NCBI GenBank assembly: GCA_005879315.1
Contig: VBLC01000044.1
Span: 1,805-65,804, forward strand
Length of the DNA: 64,000 bases
From: Deltaproteobacteria bacterium
GTDB taxonomy: Bacteria > Myxococcota > Myxococcia > Myxococcales > 40CM-4-68-19
Reading direction: 5' to 3'
Numbering within the stretch: position 1 is the stretch's first letter; each line of letters starts with the position of its first letter. This document shows positions 12,403 through 22,499 of this stretch, piece after piece. Under the pieces are notes generated by a model. That model saw only the letters and a list, made by a program, of their open reading frames with translations, had not been told where the DNA came from and made no database searches. Position numbers and translations under genes: made by a program.

Positions 12403-12561
12403 CCGGGCCCGGGTTCGTTTACGTTCACGGGGACGGGAACGGCTACGGGCACGGGTCGGGTTCGGCTACGATCTGGCAGCTAGTGCGCGCTCTTTTTCCG
12501 AACCCGTCGGCGTCCCCGTACACGCACCCGTGTACGAACCCGGGCCCGGTCTTTTTATTTT
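12403..12561. repeat. 147-nt imperfect palindrome with NACGGG-type hexamer-periodic arms, followed by a T-tract; probable terminator / REP-like element
   Basis: Perfect 16-bp terminal inverted repeats CCGGGCCCGGGTTCGT at 12403-12418 and 12534-12549. Inner pairings such as ggggacg/cgtcccc and cgggttcgg/ccgaacccg read directly. T-tract tctttttatttt at 12550-12561. The element fills the gap between convergent stops at 12392 and 12555. Confidence 0.75.
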
Positions 12562-15500
12562 CTCAATGAGAGGTACGCTTCGCTGACCGCGAACCGTACG
12601 AGGCGCGCAACCTCGGGCCGGTCGAGCGCGCCATGGCACTCGGCAGCCACGATGGCGATGGCCGCGGCAGGATCGCCGCAGACCGCCATGCCCGCGCGCT
12701 CCGCGCTCTCGCGAATGCCGAGCGCGAGAGGTTCCCAGTTCGACGGCAATCCGGCGGCCGCTCTCGCCGCCAGCGGCGCCAGCCGCGCCCGGCCCTCTGA
12801 CCCGACCGCGCGCGCCAGCAACTCCGCCATTGCCGCATCCGCGGGGGGCAGCTTGCCGAGATCCGTCCCGGCCGGCGCCGCCAGCCGCACCAGCTCGGCC
12901 ATCAGCGTTCCCAGCCGCGCGGGCGGCAGCGGCGCGACCGCGTGCGTGCCGCGCCGGATGTGCGCCAGCGCCCGGGCGAAGAGGAAGCGCTGCTGCCGCG
13001 GCGTGTAGCGCTTGGGCACCTCGGCGCCGACGAGGATGCCGGGCGTCTCAGCCACCACCGGCGCGACGACGGCAGGCTCGTTGCGGGCGAGGAAGAGCTG
13101 CGGCTCCGGCATTCCCAGGGCGCGGGCGATGGCCGCCATCACGCGGCGCACGGGATTGTCGCCCTTGACCAGCCCTCCGCGCCCGCCACTCATGTCGGTC
13201 GGCAGCGCGCGCGCCAGCTCGGGCGCTGCGGCGGCGAGGAGCTCACGGGCGGCGCCCTCGTCTTCGGTCGCATGCACCGCAGAGCTATCGGCGATCTGCG
13301 GCAGACCGATCGGGGGCGGCTGGGACGCCGTACCTTCGTGGACGGCGCGCTCCTCCGCAGTGGCCAGGTTGAGGGCGGACAGCGCCGCCGCCGCGCAGAA
13401 CGCCGCGTCGGTCCTGCCGATCGACTGGAAGAGCGAGACCAGCCCGCGCAGCGACTCGGGCGAGGGCGGCGACAACTCGAGCAGCGCCCGATGCGCCCCG
13501 ATCGAGTCCTGCGGCGCGCGCTGCGAGGTCAGGTCCGCCACGTGGCGCAGCGCCGCCCGATTGCGCGGCTCGAGCGCCACCGAGCGCTTGAAAGCGGCCA
13601 GCGCCTCCTCGGGCTGGCCGAGCGCGATGTAGCCGCGCGCCAGCTCGTCGGTCCATTCGGTCAGCTGCGCGCGGGTGGGCGACGGATCGACCGGCGCCGG
13701 GAACACCTCGAGCAGCTTGCGGTACAAGCGGACCGACTCTGCGCGCCGCAGCGCGGGCGCCCCGGGGGCGAGTGTGAGCAGCAGCGCAGGCTCGAGCGAA
13801 TCGAGCGCGCCGCCGAGGAGCGAAAGCGCCTTCTCGGCTTCGCCCAGCCCGGCGTAGAGGCGGCCGAGGCGCAGGCCCCACGACTCCATCCGCGGATCTT
13901 TCCCGTCGAGCGCCAGCCGCTTCTGCAGCGCATCGGCGGCCTCCTGCGGCCGGCCGGCGGCCTCGGCCGCGTCGGCGCGCACCTCCAACGCCTTGGCGTT
14001 TTCGGGGTCGCGGGCGAGCGCGCGCCCGGCGGCGAAGAATGCGCCGTTCGCATCGTCCAGCTCGCGCAACTTGATCGACGCCGCCTGGATCCAGGCCAGC
14101 GCACCGGCCTTCGCCTCCGAGTGGTTCTGTCCGATGCGCTGGTAGATCTCGACGATGGCCGGAGCGGGATCGTCTCCGAGAACCGAGCGCAGCTTGATGG
14201 CCGCCTCGGAATTGTTCGGGTCTTGCTCGAGCACGCTGGTCAGGTGCTGCACCGCTTCGTCGCGGTCGCCCATGTCGACCGCGAGGAGCGCCGCTTCCAC
14301 CATCGCGCCTGCCGCGAGCCCCGGGTCCTTGGCGAGCCCGGCCTCTATTGCGAGAAGCCGCATCACCTCGTGCTTGTCGCCGGACAGCTCCGCGATGTGC
14401 CGGGCGCCCTTCACCGCCAGGAGCGACTCCGGATCGCTCGCCAGCGCCTGCTGGTACGCCGCGCCGGCGTCCTCGATGCGGCCCTGCTCGGTGAAGATCT
14501 CGGCCTGCTGCAAGGCCAGCGCGGCGCGGGTATCGCCGTCGGCGTGGGCGCAGCGGAAGGCGAGGTGCTCGGCCAACAGCCCTTTCTGCCCGGACGAGCG
14601 GAGCGCCTCCTCCACCAGATCGAGCGCAACCCTGTCCTGCGGATTGAGCGCCAGCGCGCGCCGGTACTCCGCGACCGCCTGATCGCGCTCGCCCGCCGCC
14701 AGCCGATCCTCGGCGGACTCCGAGCGCAAGAGCGCCGCGGCGCGCGGATCCTGGCAGCGGGAAGCGAGCCTGCCGCGCAGCTCGGCCCGCTCGATGCGCG
14801 CATCGCTGCCTTTGTCCTGTCCGATGAGCGCGAGGAGCTGGGCGGTCGCTTCCAGGTCGCCCGGCGTCTCCTCGAGCAGCGCGCGCAGGAGCGCCGCCGC
14901 CCTGCCGGGCTGCCCGCCCCGATGGGCGAACAGCGAAGCCGCCCAGCGGCGCGCCTCGTTGCGCTCGGTGAGCGACTGGGCGGCGCCGGCCAGCTCTTCG
15001 AAGGCCTCGGCCGCGTCGAGATACTTGCCCGTCCAGGCGAAGAGCCGCGCCAGCTGCGCCCAGGCGAAGGCGGCCTGCGGGTGGGACTGCGCAGCCTTGC
15101 GGTAAAGCTCGAGCGCGCGCCGCGGATCGCCGACGCGCCACTCCGCCAGCTCGGCGGCGCGGCCAAAGGCCTCGGCTCGCAGATGGCCCTCCGGGACAGT
15201 CTCGGCGATCTGCACCAGCACCGCCAGCGCGGCTGCGTGATCGCCGCGCCGCAGCTGCAGTTGCGCCAGCCGGCGCAAGACGGCGAGGTCGGCTCCAGCC
15301 AGCGCCAGCGCCTGCGCGCAGGCCTGCACCGCCTCGTCGAGCTGGCCTTCCGCCTCGAGCAGGGCGGCGCGCTCGGCATGGAGCGCCGAGGCGCGGTCCG
15401 GGTCGGTCGCGCGCGCCTCTTCGGCGATCAGCTCGAGGCGCTCGGCCGGCGGCAGCGTGGGGAGAGCGAGCAGCGCATTGCGCGCCTCGCCCGAAGGCGG

Positions 15501-17240
15501 ATAGACGCCGCGCGCCTTGTGCAGGAGCGCAGTCGATCGCGGGTCGTCGCCGGCAGCGCGAGCGAGCTCGCTGGCCTCGAGGAGCAGGTCGCAAGCGTCG
15601 GAGCCATAGGTCGAGTCGGCGCGCGCTTCCAGCGCCTGCGCGAGCTGCGCGAGATCGCCCGACTTGAAAGCGAGCATGCTCCAACCCTCGAGCCAGCGCG
15701 GGCTGCTCAGGCCGCGCGCCATGTCGGCGGCGCGCTGGGCGAGCCGCATCGCACGGTCGGGCTCCTCGTTGGAGAGAAGCGCCGCGGCGCGCGCCAGAAG
15801 CTCGCCGCCCAGCGCGCGCGGCAGCTGCGCCGAGGCATCTTCGAGCAAGTCGGCCAGCTCGGCCTGCCCGCCGATGAGCGGCAGCGTGCGGGTCAAGAAC
15901 CGCAGCGCGCCGCCATGGCCGGGCACGAGGCGGAGCGCGCGCCGAGCCAGGTCGGCCGCCTCCTGCCGCTCGCCGGCGCGCTCTTGCCAGGCGGCCGCCT
16001 CGAGATAGAGCGCGGCGGCCTCGCGCGCGGAGTGCGACTCGAGCGACTCCCCCAGGGTCACGAAGCGCGCCGCCGCCTCGGTGGGATCGCGTTGCGCCAC
16101 CAGGCGCGCGTGAACCGCGATGGCCGCCGTATCGCCGGGATTGTCGGCCAGGGCATCGGAGAGGAGCTGCTCGCGCTCGAGCGGGTCGTCGAGCAGCATC
16201 GCCGCGCGCATCTTGAGAGAGGCGCGCTCGGTCGGATCGACGGCGCCCTCTGCCCGCTGGCGGAGCATCTCGGGCAGCTCGGACGACTTCTGCTGCTCGG
16301 CCAGCTCCGTGCAGAGCGCCAGCAGCGCTCCGTCGCGGCGATTGTCTTCGAGCGCCGACTTCACTTCGGCCAGACCCTCGGCGGCGCGCCCGAGCCGGAA
16401 GGCGGCGATGGCCGCCACCAGCGCGCGGTCCGATGCGCTGCCGGTCCGCTCGGCGCGAGCGCGGCAGAGGCGGAGCACCGCCTCCCAGTCGTTGTGCGCG
16501 CGCAGCCGCAAAAGTGTGGCGAGAAAGCCGATTGGATCGTTGCCGTCGGCCTGGTTGAGGCCATGCACCGCCTCTTCACGCAGCGCCTCCAGCTCGCCAT
16601 GGGGCGCGAGCGATTCAGCCGGCTCGACGAGCAGCTCCTCGACCAGGAGCACCGCGCGCCGCAAGAGCTGCGCCTTGTAGACCGGGTCGCGCGTGGCGCT
16701 CGCCCAGCGCACCAGAAGCCGCGCGCACTGGACGCGGTCGCCCTCGTGCAGCGCCGCCTCGACGGCCGCCTTGAGCAGCGCGGGGTGCTCCGGCGCAAGC
16801 TGCAGCGCCTGCTCGATCAACCTCTTCGCCTCCTCGCGCTCGCCCTGCTCGGAGTGAAGGAGCGCCTGGGCGCGGAGCGACTCGGCCCGCTGCTCCGGGT
16901 CCTTGAGGAGCGCCTCCTCGCGCTGGTGCAGCGCGAGCGCCTTCTCGTAACGGCCCGCGCTGGCGAAGAGCCGCCGCGCCGCCTCGAGATTCGGCCGGTA
17001 GAGCGGATTGAGGAGGAAGGCATTCTGGTAGCAGACCGCCGCGCTCCTCTGATCGCCGAGCTGTTCGACGAAGATGCGCCCCATGGCGTAGTGCACCGGC
17101 GCGGCCGCCTGGGTGCGGCCGAGGGCGCGCGCTTCGGCCTCGAGCTGGGCGAGGATCTCCTTGGCCGCCTGGACCTCGGCTTCGGTGGGCTCGCGCTGGG
17201 GGATCGGTGCTGGAAGCTCGGCGGTGACGATGGGGTCCAT
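12555..17240 (-). CDS. giant tetratricopeptide-repeat (TPR) protein, 1561 aa
   Basis: Dozens of 34-aa TPR-like units (for example AAVCYQNAFLLNPLYRPNLEAARRLF, EAKRLIEQALQLAPEHPALL and EALAAFKRSVALEPRNRAAL) plus a non-repeat C-terminal domain. Confidence 0.85.
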   Translation of the reverse strand: MDPIVTAELPAPIPQREPTEAEVQAAKEILAQLEAEARALGRTQAAAPVHYAMGRIFVEQLGDQRSAAVCYQNAFLLNPLYRPNLEAARRLFASAGRYEKALALHQREEALLKDPEQRAESLRAQALLHSEQGEREEAKRLIEQALQLAPEHPALLKAAVEAALHEGDRVQCARLLVRWASATRDPVYKAQLLRRAVLLVEELLVEPAESLAPHGELEALREEAVHGLNQADGNDPIGFLATLLRLRAHNDWEAVLRLCRARAERTGSASDRALVAAIAAFRLGRAAEGLAEVKSALEDNRRDGALLALCTELAEQQKSSELPEMLRQRAEGAVDPTERASLKMRAAMLLDDPLEREQLLSDALADNPGDTAAIAVHARLVAQRDPTEAAARFVTLGESLESHSAREAAALYLEAAAWQERAGERQEAADLARRALRLVPGHGGALRFLTRTLPLIGGQAELADLLEDASAQLPRALGGELLARAAALLSNEEPDRAMRLAQRAADMARGLSSPRWLEGWSMLAFKSGDLAQLAQALEARADSTYGSDACDLLLEASELARAAGDDPRSTALLHKARGVYPPSGEARNALLALPTLPPAERLELIAEEARATDPDRASALHAERAALLEAEGQLDEAVQACAQALALAGADLAVLRRLAQLQLRRGDHAAALAVLVQIAETVPEGHLRAEAFGRAAELAEWRVGDPRRALELYRKAAQSHPQAAFAWAQLARLFAWTGKYLDAAEAFEELAGAAQSLTERNEARRWAASLFAHRGGQPGRAAALLRALLEETPGDLEATAQLLALIGQDKGSDARIERAELRGRLASRCQDPRAAALLRSESAEDRLAAGERDQAVAEYRRALALNPQDRVALDLVEEALRSSGQKGLLAEHLAFRCAHADGDTRAALALQQAEIFTEQGRIEDAGAAYQQALASDPESLLAVKGARHIAELSGDKHEVMRLLAIEAGLAKDPGLAAGAMVEAALLAVDMGDRDEAVQHLTSVLEQDPNNSEAAIKLRSVLGDDPAPAIVEIYQRIGQNHSEAKAGALAWIQAASIKLRELDDANGAFFAAGRALARDPENAKALEVRADAAEAAGRPQEAADALQKRLALDGKDPRMESWGLRLGRLYAGLGEAEKALSLLGGALDSLEPALLLTLAPGAPALRRAESVRLYRKLLEVFPAPVDPSPTRAQLTEWTDELARGYIALGQPEEALAAFKRSVALEPRNRAALRHVADLTSQRAPQDSIGAHRALLELSPPSPESLRGLVSLFQSIGRTDAAFCAAAALSALNLATAEERAVHEGTASQPPPIGLPQIADSSAVHATEDEGAARELLAAAAPELARALPTDMSGGRGGLVKGDNPVRRVMAAIARALGMPEPQLFLARNEPAVVAPVVAETPGILVGAEVPKRYTPRQQRFLFARALAHIRRGTHAVAPLPPARLGTLMAELVRLAAPAGTDLGKLPPADAAMAELLARAVGSEGRARLAPLAARAAAGLPSNWEPLALGIRESAERAGMAVCGDPAAAIAIVAAECHGALDRPEVARLVRFAVSEAYLSLRK

Positions 17241-17255
17241 GCTGGCCCGAGCGTA

Positions 17256-18800
17256 TCAGAGGGTCAGGCCTGCCGCCGAGCGCGCTTCGCCGTCGATCTG
17301 CGGCAGCATTTCGCGCAGAACGGCGATGTCCCGATGCAGCTCGCGGTCTGCGTCCATGTGTGGAACGCGGCTGCGGATGAGCTCATGCGCGGCCCGCGCG
17401 CCGACGCCCGCAAGGAGCGGCTTGCGCAGGTCGAGCGCCTGGGCAGCGACCAACAGCTCGATCGCCAGCCCGCTCCGCGCGTTGTCGACGACCGTCCGCG
17501 CCTTGAGGGCCGCCGTCATCCCCATGCTGACGTGATCTTCTCGTCCCGCCGAGGAGGGAATGCTGTCCACGCAGGCCGGATGAGCCAATATCTTGCTCTC
17601 GGCGGCGAGCGCCGCGGCGGTGACCTGCGCGATCATGAAGCCGGAATTGAGCCCGGAGTTCGCGGCGAGAAACGGCGGCAGGCCCGAGAGCGAGGGATTC
17701 ACCAGCTGCTCCACCCGCCGCTCGCTGATGGTCTGCAGCTGCGCGCAGGCGATGGCGAGCAGGTCGAGCGCCTGCGAGACGGGCTGGCCGTGGAAGTTGC
17801 CGCCGCTCACCACCGTGCCGGCGGCGACGTCGTCGGTCGCGCTGGCGAAGACGAGCGGATTGTCGGTGGCGGCGTTGGCCTCGATCTCCAGCGTGCGCCG
17901 GACGAAGGCGAGCGCGTCGCGGGCGGCGCCGTGCACCTGCGGCGCGCAGCGGAGCGAGTAGGGGTCTTGGACCTTCTCGCAGGACTCGTCCTGGTGGCTG
18001 GCATTGATCTGGCTCTTGGCGAGCAGCGCTCGCAGATCGGCCGCGACGCGCGTCTGCCCGGGGTGGCCGCGCACGCGCTGGATGGCGGCGAGGAACGGCT
18101 TGTGGGAGCCCTTCAGCCCTTCGACCGTCATGGCGCAGGCGACGTCGGCGATGCGCGCGCAGCGCTCGGCTTCGAGCAGCGCGAGCGCCCCCACCGCCTC
18201 CATGGCTTGCGTGCCGTTGACCAGCGCGAGGCCCTCTTTCGCCTCCAGCACGACGGGCTGCAGGCCGGCCTTCTCCAGCGCTTCGCGCCCCGGCATCCGC
18301 CGGCCTTGGAAGAAGGCCTCGCCTTCGCCGATCAACACCAGCGCGAGATGCGCGAGCGGCGCCAGGTCTCCGCTCGCGCCCACCGAGCCTTTCTCGGGCA
18401 CGATCGGAATGACGTCGCGCTCGAGCAATCCGACGAGGAGATCGAGCGTGCTCTCCCGGATGCCGGAGTAACCGCCGGCGAGCACGTTGGCGCGCAGGAG
18501 CATGAGCGCGCGCACCTCGCCAACGCTGAGAGGAGCGCCGATGCCCGCCGAGTGGCTGAGGATCAAGTTGCGCTGCAGCTTCTGCAAGTCGGCGCGAGGG
18601 ATGGAGACCTCGGCGAGCGTGCCGAAGCCCGTGTTGATCCCGTAGGTCGGAGTCGAGCCCTGGGCGATGTGGTCGACCAGCTGCCGGGCCGCGCGCACCC
18701 GCTCGCGGGCGAGCGGCGCGATCTCGATGCGCGCCCCGGGGCGGGCCACCGCGCCCACCTGCTCCAGCGTCAGATCGGCTCCGGAAAGAACGATGCGCAT
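17256..18800 (-). CDS. hutH: histidine ammonia-lyase
   Basis: 514 aa. [19 protein letters not shown] and the [17 protein letters not shown]-forming ASG triad. Confidence 0.9.
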   Translation of the reverse strand: MRIVLSGADLTLEQVGAVARPGARIEIAPLARERVRAARQLVDHIAQGSTPTYGINTGFGTLAEVSIPRADLQKLQRNLILSHSAGIGAPLSVGEVRALMLLRANVLAGGYSGIRESTLDLLVGLLERDVIPIVPEKGSVGASGDLAPLAHLALVLIGEGEAFFQGRRMPGREALEKAGLQPVVLEAKEGLALVNGTQAMEAVGALALLEAERCARIADVACAMTVEGLKGSHKPFLAAIQRVRGHPGQTRVAADLRALLAKSQINASHQDESCEKVQDPYSLRCAPQVHGAARDALAFVRRTLEIEANAATDNPLVFASATDDVAAGTVVSGGNFHGQPVSQALDLLAIACAQLQTISERRVEQLVNPSLSGLPPFLAANSGLNSGFMIAQVTAAALAAESKILAHPACVDSIPSSAGREDHVSMGMTAALKARTVVDNARSGLAIELLVAAQALDLRKPLLAGVGARAAHELIRSRVPHMDADRELHRDIAVLREMLPQIDGEARSAAGLTL

Positions 18801-18910
18801 GCGCGCCGACCTTTACCACCTTCCGCTCGCGCGGCGAGAACGAGGCGCCTTGGCACCGGCCTCTCTCCTCTACTAGTCTGCGGCGCAGACTTCGTCGAAA
18901 GGGGGGTCCG

Positions 18911-19792
18911 ATGCGGGCTTTCGCCGCCGCAGCCTTTGCGCTTCTTCTCGCCTCCGCCGCTCGGGCCGATGACACGGCCGCGCCGGTCATCGAGCACAAG
19001 CCGGTGACCAGCGCGGAGCGTGGCGCGAAGTTCGTGCAGGTCTTCGCCAGGATCACCGACCAGTCGAAGTTCTTCCCGCAGGTCTTCTATCGCTACGGGC
19101 CCGGCGAGTATCTGAAACCCATCGACATGAAGCGGCTGCAGGGGCAGAAAGATGTGTGGGGCGCGAACGTCCCCGTCAAGGGCGACCTGATCGAGTACTA
19201 CATCGAGGCCTACGACGAGTACGGCAACGGTCCCGGCCGCGCCGGCGATCCCGACAAACCTTTCCGCATCGACACTTCCGGCGAGGGCGGCGTCGCGCCG
19301 CCGCCTGTCGCGAAGACCCAGCCGGCGCCTGCGCCTCCCGCCGAGGCCGTCACGCCGCCGCCGGTCCGTCCCCTTCCTCCGCTTGCGGAGACGACGGCGC
19401 GCGCACCATCCGGCGGCCGCACCTGGACCTGGATCGCGGGCGGCGCCGGCGTGGGTCTTCTCACCGGCGGCCTGCTCGCGGGCGTGGCGTTCAAGAAAGC
19501 CGACGATGCCTACCAGAAGCGGCTGAGCGATCCACAGAATGGCGCGGTGTCGTTGCAGCAGCAGTACGACGCGAACAAGTCGCTCGGCACGACCGCGACC
19601 ATCCTCAGCATCGCGGGAGTCGTGCTGGTCGGGACGGGAGTCGCGCTCTGGTTCTACGAGTCGCCGCGCGAATCGGCCAAGCCCGACCGCGGCTCGGGCA
19701 TCTACGGCAAAGGCGAGAGCGAGCACGGCGTCGCCGTCGCGGCTGCTCCCGTCGACGGCGGGGGCGCCATCGCCGTCGCCGGCAAGTTCTGA
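18911..19792 (+). CDS. exported hypothetical protein with a Pro-rich linker and two C-terminal hydrophobic segments
   Basis: Signal peptide MRAFAAAAFALLLASAARA, a Pro-rich tract and TM-like segments WTWIAGGAGVGLLTGGLLAGVAF and TILSIAGVVLVGTGVALWF. Confidence 0.6.
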   Translation: MRAFAAAAFALLLASAARADDTAAPVIEHKPVTSAERGAKFVQVFARITDQSKFFPQVFYRYGPGEYLKPIDMKRLQGQKDVWGANVPVKGDLIEYYIEAYDEYGNGPGRAGDPDKPFRIDTSGEGGVAPPPVAKTQPAPAPPAEAVTPPPVRPLPPLAETTARAPSGGRTWTWIAGGAGVGLLTGGLLAGVAFKKADDAYQKRLSDPQNGAVSLQQQYDANKSLGTTATILSIAGVVLVGTGVALWFYESPRESAKPDRGSGIYGKGESEHGVAVAAAPVDGGGAIAVAGKF

Positions 19793-19801
19793 AGAGACGC
19801 G

Positions 19802-21043
19802 TTGGCGCTCATCGTCCAAAAATACGGCGGCACGTCTGTCGGGGACGTAGAGCGCATCCGCAAGGTCGCCCGCCGCGCGCTCGCCACGCGCAACGCCGGC
19901 AACGACGTGGTGGTCGTCGTCTCGGCGATGGCGGGCGAGACCAACCGTCTCTTGAAGTTGACCAACGAGATCTCCAGGAGGCCGAGTGAGCGCGAGCAGG
20001 ACGTCGTCGTCTCTACCGGCGAGCAGATCTCGGTTGGCCTCTTGGCGCTGGCCATCCAGGAACTGAACGGCAGTGCCCGCAGCTTTCTCGGCCATCAAGT
20101 GCGCATCCTCACCGACTCGGCTTTCTCCAACGCGCGCATCCGCAGCATCGATGCCGCCAAGCTCTTCGACAGCCTGAAGCGTCACGAGATCGCCGTCGTC
20201 GCCGGCTTCCAGGGCATCGACGAGCAGGGAAACATCACCACGCTGGGGCGGGGCGGCTCGGACACGACCGCGGTGGCGCTCGCCGCCGCGCTCAAGGCCG
20301 ACGCCTGCGAGATCTACACCGACGTGGAGGGCGTCTACACCACCGACCCGCGCGTCTGCGACCGGGCGCGCAAGCTCGAGCGCATCTCCTACGAGGAGAT
20401 GATGGAGATGGCGTCGCTCGGCTCGAAGGTGCTGCAGATCCGCAGCGTCGAGTTCGCCATGAAGTACAAGGTGCCGCTCTGGGTGAGATCGACTTTCAGC
20501 GACGACCCCGGCACCCTGGTGCGCGAGGAGGACAAGGCGATGGAGGACGTGCTGGTCAGCGGGATTGCCCTCGACCGGAACGAGTCGCGCTTCGTGGTGC
20601 GCGCCGTGCCGGACAATCCCGGAGTGGCGGCGCGGATCTTCGGGGCGCTCGCCGAGCAGGGGATCGTGGTCGACGTGATCGTGCAGTCGCCGGCGCGCGA
20701 GGACGGCCGCACCGACGTGGCCTTCACCGTCGGCCGGCCCGACGCCGACAAGACTTTCGAGCAAGTGAAGAAGATCGCCGAGCAGCTGGGGGCGGGCAAG
20801 GTGGAGCGCGAGGAGGGCATCGCCAAGGTGAGCATCGTCGGCGTCGGCATGCGCAACCACGCGGGCGTCGCAGCGAAGATGTTCCAGGTGCTGGGCGGCG
20901 AGGGGGTCAACATCCGCGTGATCTCGACCAGCGAGATCAAGATCAGCTGCCTGGTCGACGAGAAGCACGCGGAGCGCGCGGTGCGCGCGCTGCACACCGC
21001 TTTCGGGCTCGACGGGCCGCCGAAGCGCGGGCAGGAGGGCTGA
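19802..21043 (+). CDS. lysC: aspartate kinase
   Basis: [28 protein letters not shown] and tandem C-terminal ACT regions. TTG start as given in the track. Confidence 0.9.
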   Translation: MALIVQKYGGTSVGDVERIRKVARRALATRNAGNDVVVVVSAMAGETNRLLKLTNEISRRPSEREQDVVVSTGEQISVGLLALAIQELNGSARSFLGHQVRILTDSAFSNARIRSIDAAKLFDSLKRHEIAVVAGFQGIDEQGNITTLGRGGSDTTAVALAAALKADACEIYTDVEGVYTTDPRVCDRARKLERISYEEMMEMASLGSKVLQIRSVEFAMKYKVPLWVRSTFSDDPGTLVREEDKAMEDVLVSGIALDRNESRFVVRAVPDNPGVAARIFGALAEQGIVVDVIVQSPAREDGRTDVAFTVGRPDADKTFEQVKKIAEQLGAGKVEREEGIAKVSIVGVGMRNHAGVAAKMFQVLGGEGVNIRVISTSEIKISCLVDEKHAERAVRALHTAFGLDGPPKRGQEG

Positions 21044-21259
21044 GTGCTGATCCGCTGCCAGAGGTGCCGCGCGCTCTATTCGCTCTCGGACGGCGTCGCT
21101 CCGGCCGGCGCGCGCTTCAAGGTCGAGTGCGGCCGCTGCCTGCTGGTCTTCGAGGCAGCCGCGCCGCCCCCTCGCAGGGCGGAGGCAGTCCAAGGTACCG
21201 GGACTCCCGTAGGCACGGCCGTTCCTCAGAGAGAAAAAGATTCCTCACCCGAGGCCTGA
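21044..21259 (+). CDS. small MJ0042-type zinc-ribbon protein
   Basis: MLIRCQRCRALYSL...FKVECGRCLLVFEA. GTG start immediately after the lysC stop. Confidence 0.55.
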   Translation: MLIRCQRCRALYSLSDGVAPAGARFKVECGRCLLVFEAAAPPPRRAEAVQGTGTPVGTAVPQREKDSSPEA

Positions 21260-21314
21260 AGTCTGAGGCTTGTGGCCTCGGCAGCAAGGCACGCCCCTTG
21301 CTGCGCTGCCCGGC

Positions 21315-22499
21315 ATGCTCGCGATTCTCTTCTGGCTCGCAGTCGGTTGCATCCTGCATACCTACCTGATCTATCCGCTGGTGCTCATCGCCCTGGATGC
21401 GATCTGGCAGGCGCGCGGAGCCTGGTTCTACCTGAACGGCAACGAGCGGCGCCGCCCGCCGGCCCAGCTCGGCCTTCCGCACGTGTCGGTGCTGATCGCG
21501 GCCTTCAACGAAGCTCCCTGCATCGCCAGGCGCATCGAGAACCTGCTCGAGCAGGACTATCCGCCCGACAAGCTGGAGATCCTCGTCGGCTCGGACGGCT
21601 CGACCGACGAGACCGACGCCATCGTCCAGCACTACGCGGCGCGGTCGGTCCGGCTCTCGCGCGGCGAGCGCGTCGGAAAGGCCGGCGTGCTCTCGCGGCT
21701 CGTGTCTTTGGCCAAGGGCGAAGTGCTGGTGATGACCGACGCCAATACCACCTTCGAGCGCGACGCCGTCCGCCGCCTGGTGCAGCCGCTGCGCGATCCC
21801 GAGGTCGGCCTGGTCTGCGGCCGGCTGCGGCTGCATTCGCCCGTCGGCGCGCCGGTGACCGAGAGCGCGTACTGGAAGCTGGAGAGCCTGCTCAAGCTGT
21901 ATGAGTCGCGCCGCGGCTGCGTGATGGGAGCGAACGGAGGCATCTATGCCGTGCGCAAGCACCTCTTTGCGCCGCTGCCGGCGGGGACGGTGGTCGACGA
22001 TTTCGTCGCGGCCCTGCGCGTGCTCGAGTCCGGCTCGCGGGTGCGCTACGAGCCCGAGGCGGTGGCGCACGAGGAGGCTGCGCCCGATCACACCGGCGAG
22101 TACCGGCGCCGGGTGCGCATCGCGGCGGGCTGCTTCCGCGCCATCTCGCAGTATCGCGACCTGCTTTCGCCGCGGCATGGCTTCACCGCTTTCGCGCTCT
22201 GGTCGCACAAGATGCTGCGGTGGCTGGTGCCGCACGCGATGGTGGTCGCGTTCTTGACGAATCTAATCATCGCGCGCAGCGGCCGGGTCTACTCGGTGAC
22301 GCTGCTCGGCCAGTGCGTGCTCTACCTCTTCGCGGCGCTCAGCCTGCTCGGCCTCACGCCGCGCAAGCTGCGCGCGGTCACCGACGCCGCGGCCCACTTC
22401 GTCGAGATGAATGCAGCGCTGCTCGTCGGCTTCGTCAAGTTCAGCCGGGGCGCGCAGGGCCAGACCTGGACCCGCACCGAGCGCGCCCGGGCTGCTTGA
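21315..22499 (+). CDS. family 2 glycosyltransferase, membrane-embedded (processive-type architecture)
   Basis: VSVLIAAFNE, VGSDGSTDET and VMTDANT (DxD-like), with an N-terminal TM and C-terminal TM helices. The start is either ATG 21315 or TTG 21270 (track). Confidence 0.8.
   Translation: MLAILFWLAVGCILHTYLIYPLVLIALDAIWQARGAWFYLNGNERRRPPAQLGLPHVSVLIAAFNEAPCIARRIENLLEQDYPPDKLEILVGSDGSTDETDAIVQHYAARSVRLSRGERVGKAGVLSRLVSLAKGEVLVMTDANTTFERDAVRRLVQPLRDPEVGLVCGRLRLHSPVGAPVTESAYWKLESLLKLYESRRGCVMGANGGIYAVRKHLFAPLPAGTVVDDFVAALRVLESGSRVRYEPEAVAHEEAAPDHTGEYRRRVRIAAGCFRAISQYRDLLSPRHGFTAFALWSHKMLRWLVPHAMVVAFLTNLIIARSGRVYSVTLLGQCVLYLFAALSLLGLTPRKLRAVTDAAAHFVEMNAALLVGFVKFSRGAQGQTWTRTERARAA

Noticed and set aside
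17256-18800. Calling the region a hut (histidine utilisation) operon
   Set aside because: Only hutH is present. hutU, hutI and hutG are absent from the window, so only the single gene is annotated.
18846-18862. Sigma-54-like TTGGCACCGGCCTCTCT upstream of 18911
   Set aside because: The -24 element is good, but the position expected to be GC at -12 reads TC. That is not enough to call a promoter.
12942-19007. 2021-aa ORF on the + strand
   Set aside because: It is antisense to the TPR gene and hutH, both of which have clear family signatures. Its translation is Arg/Gly/Ala/Leu low complexity, typical of unbroken antisense frames in about 70% GC DNA.
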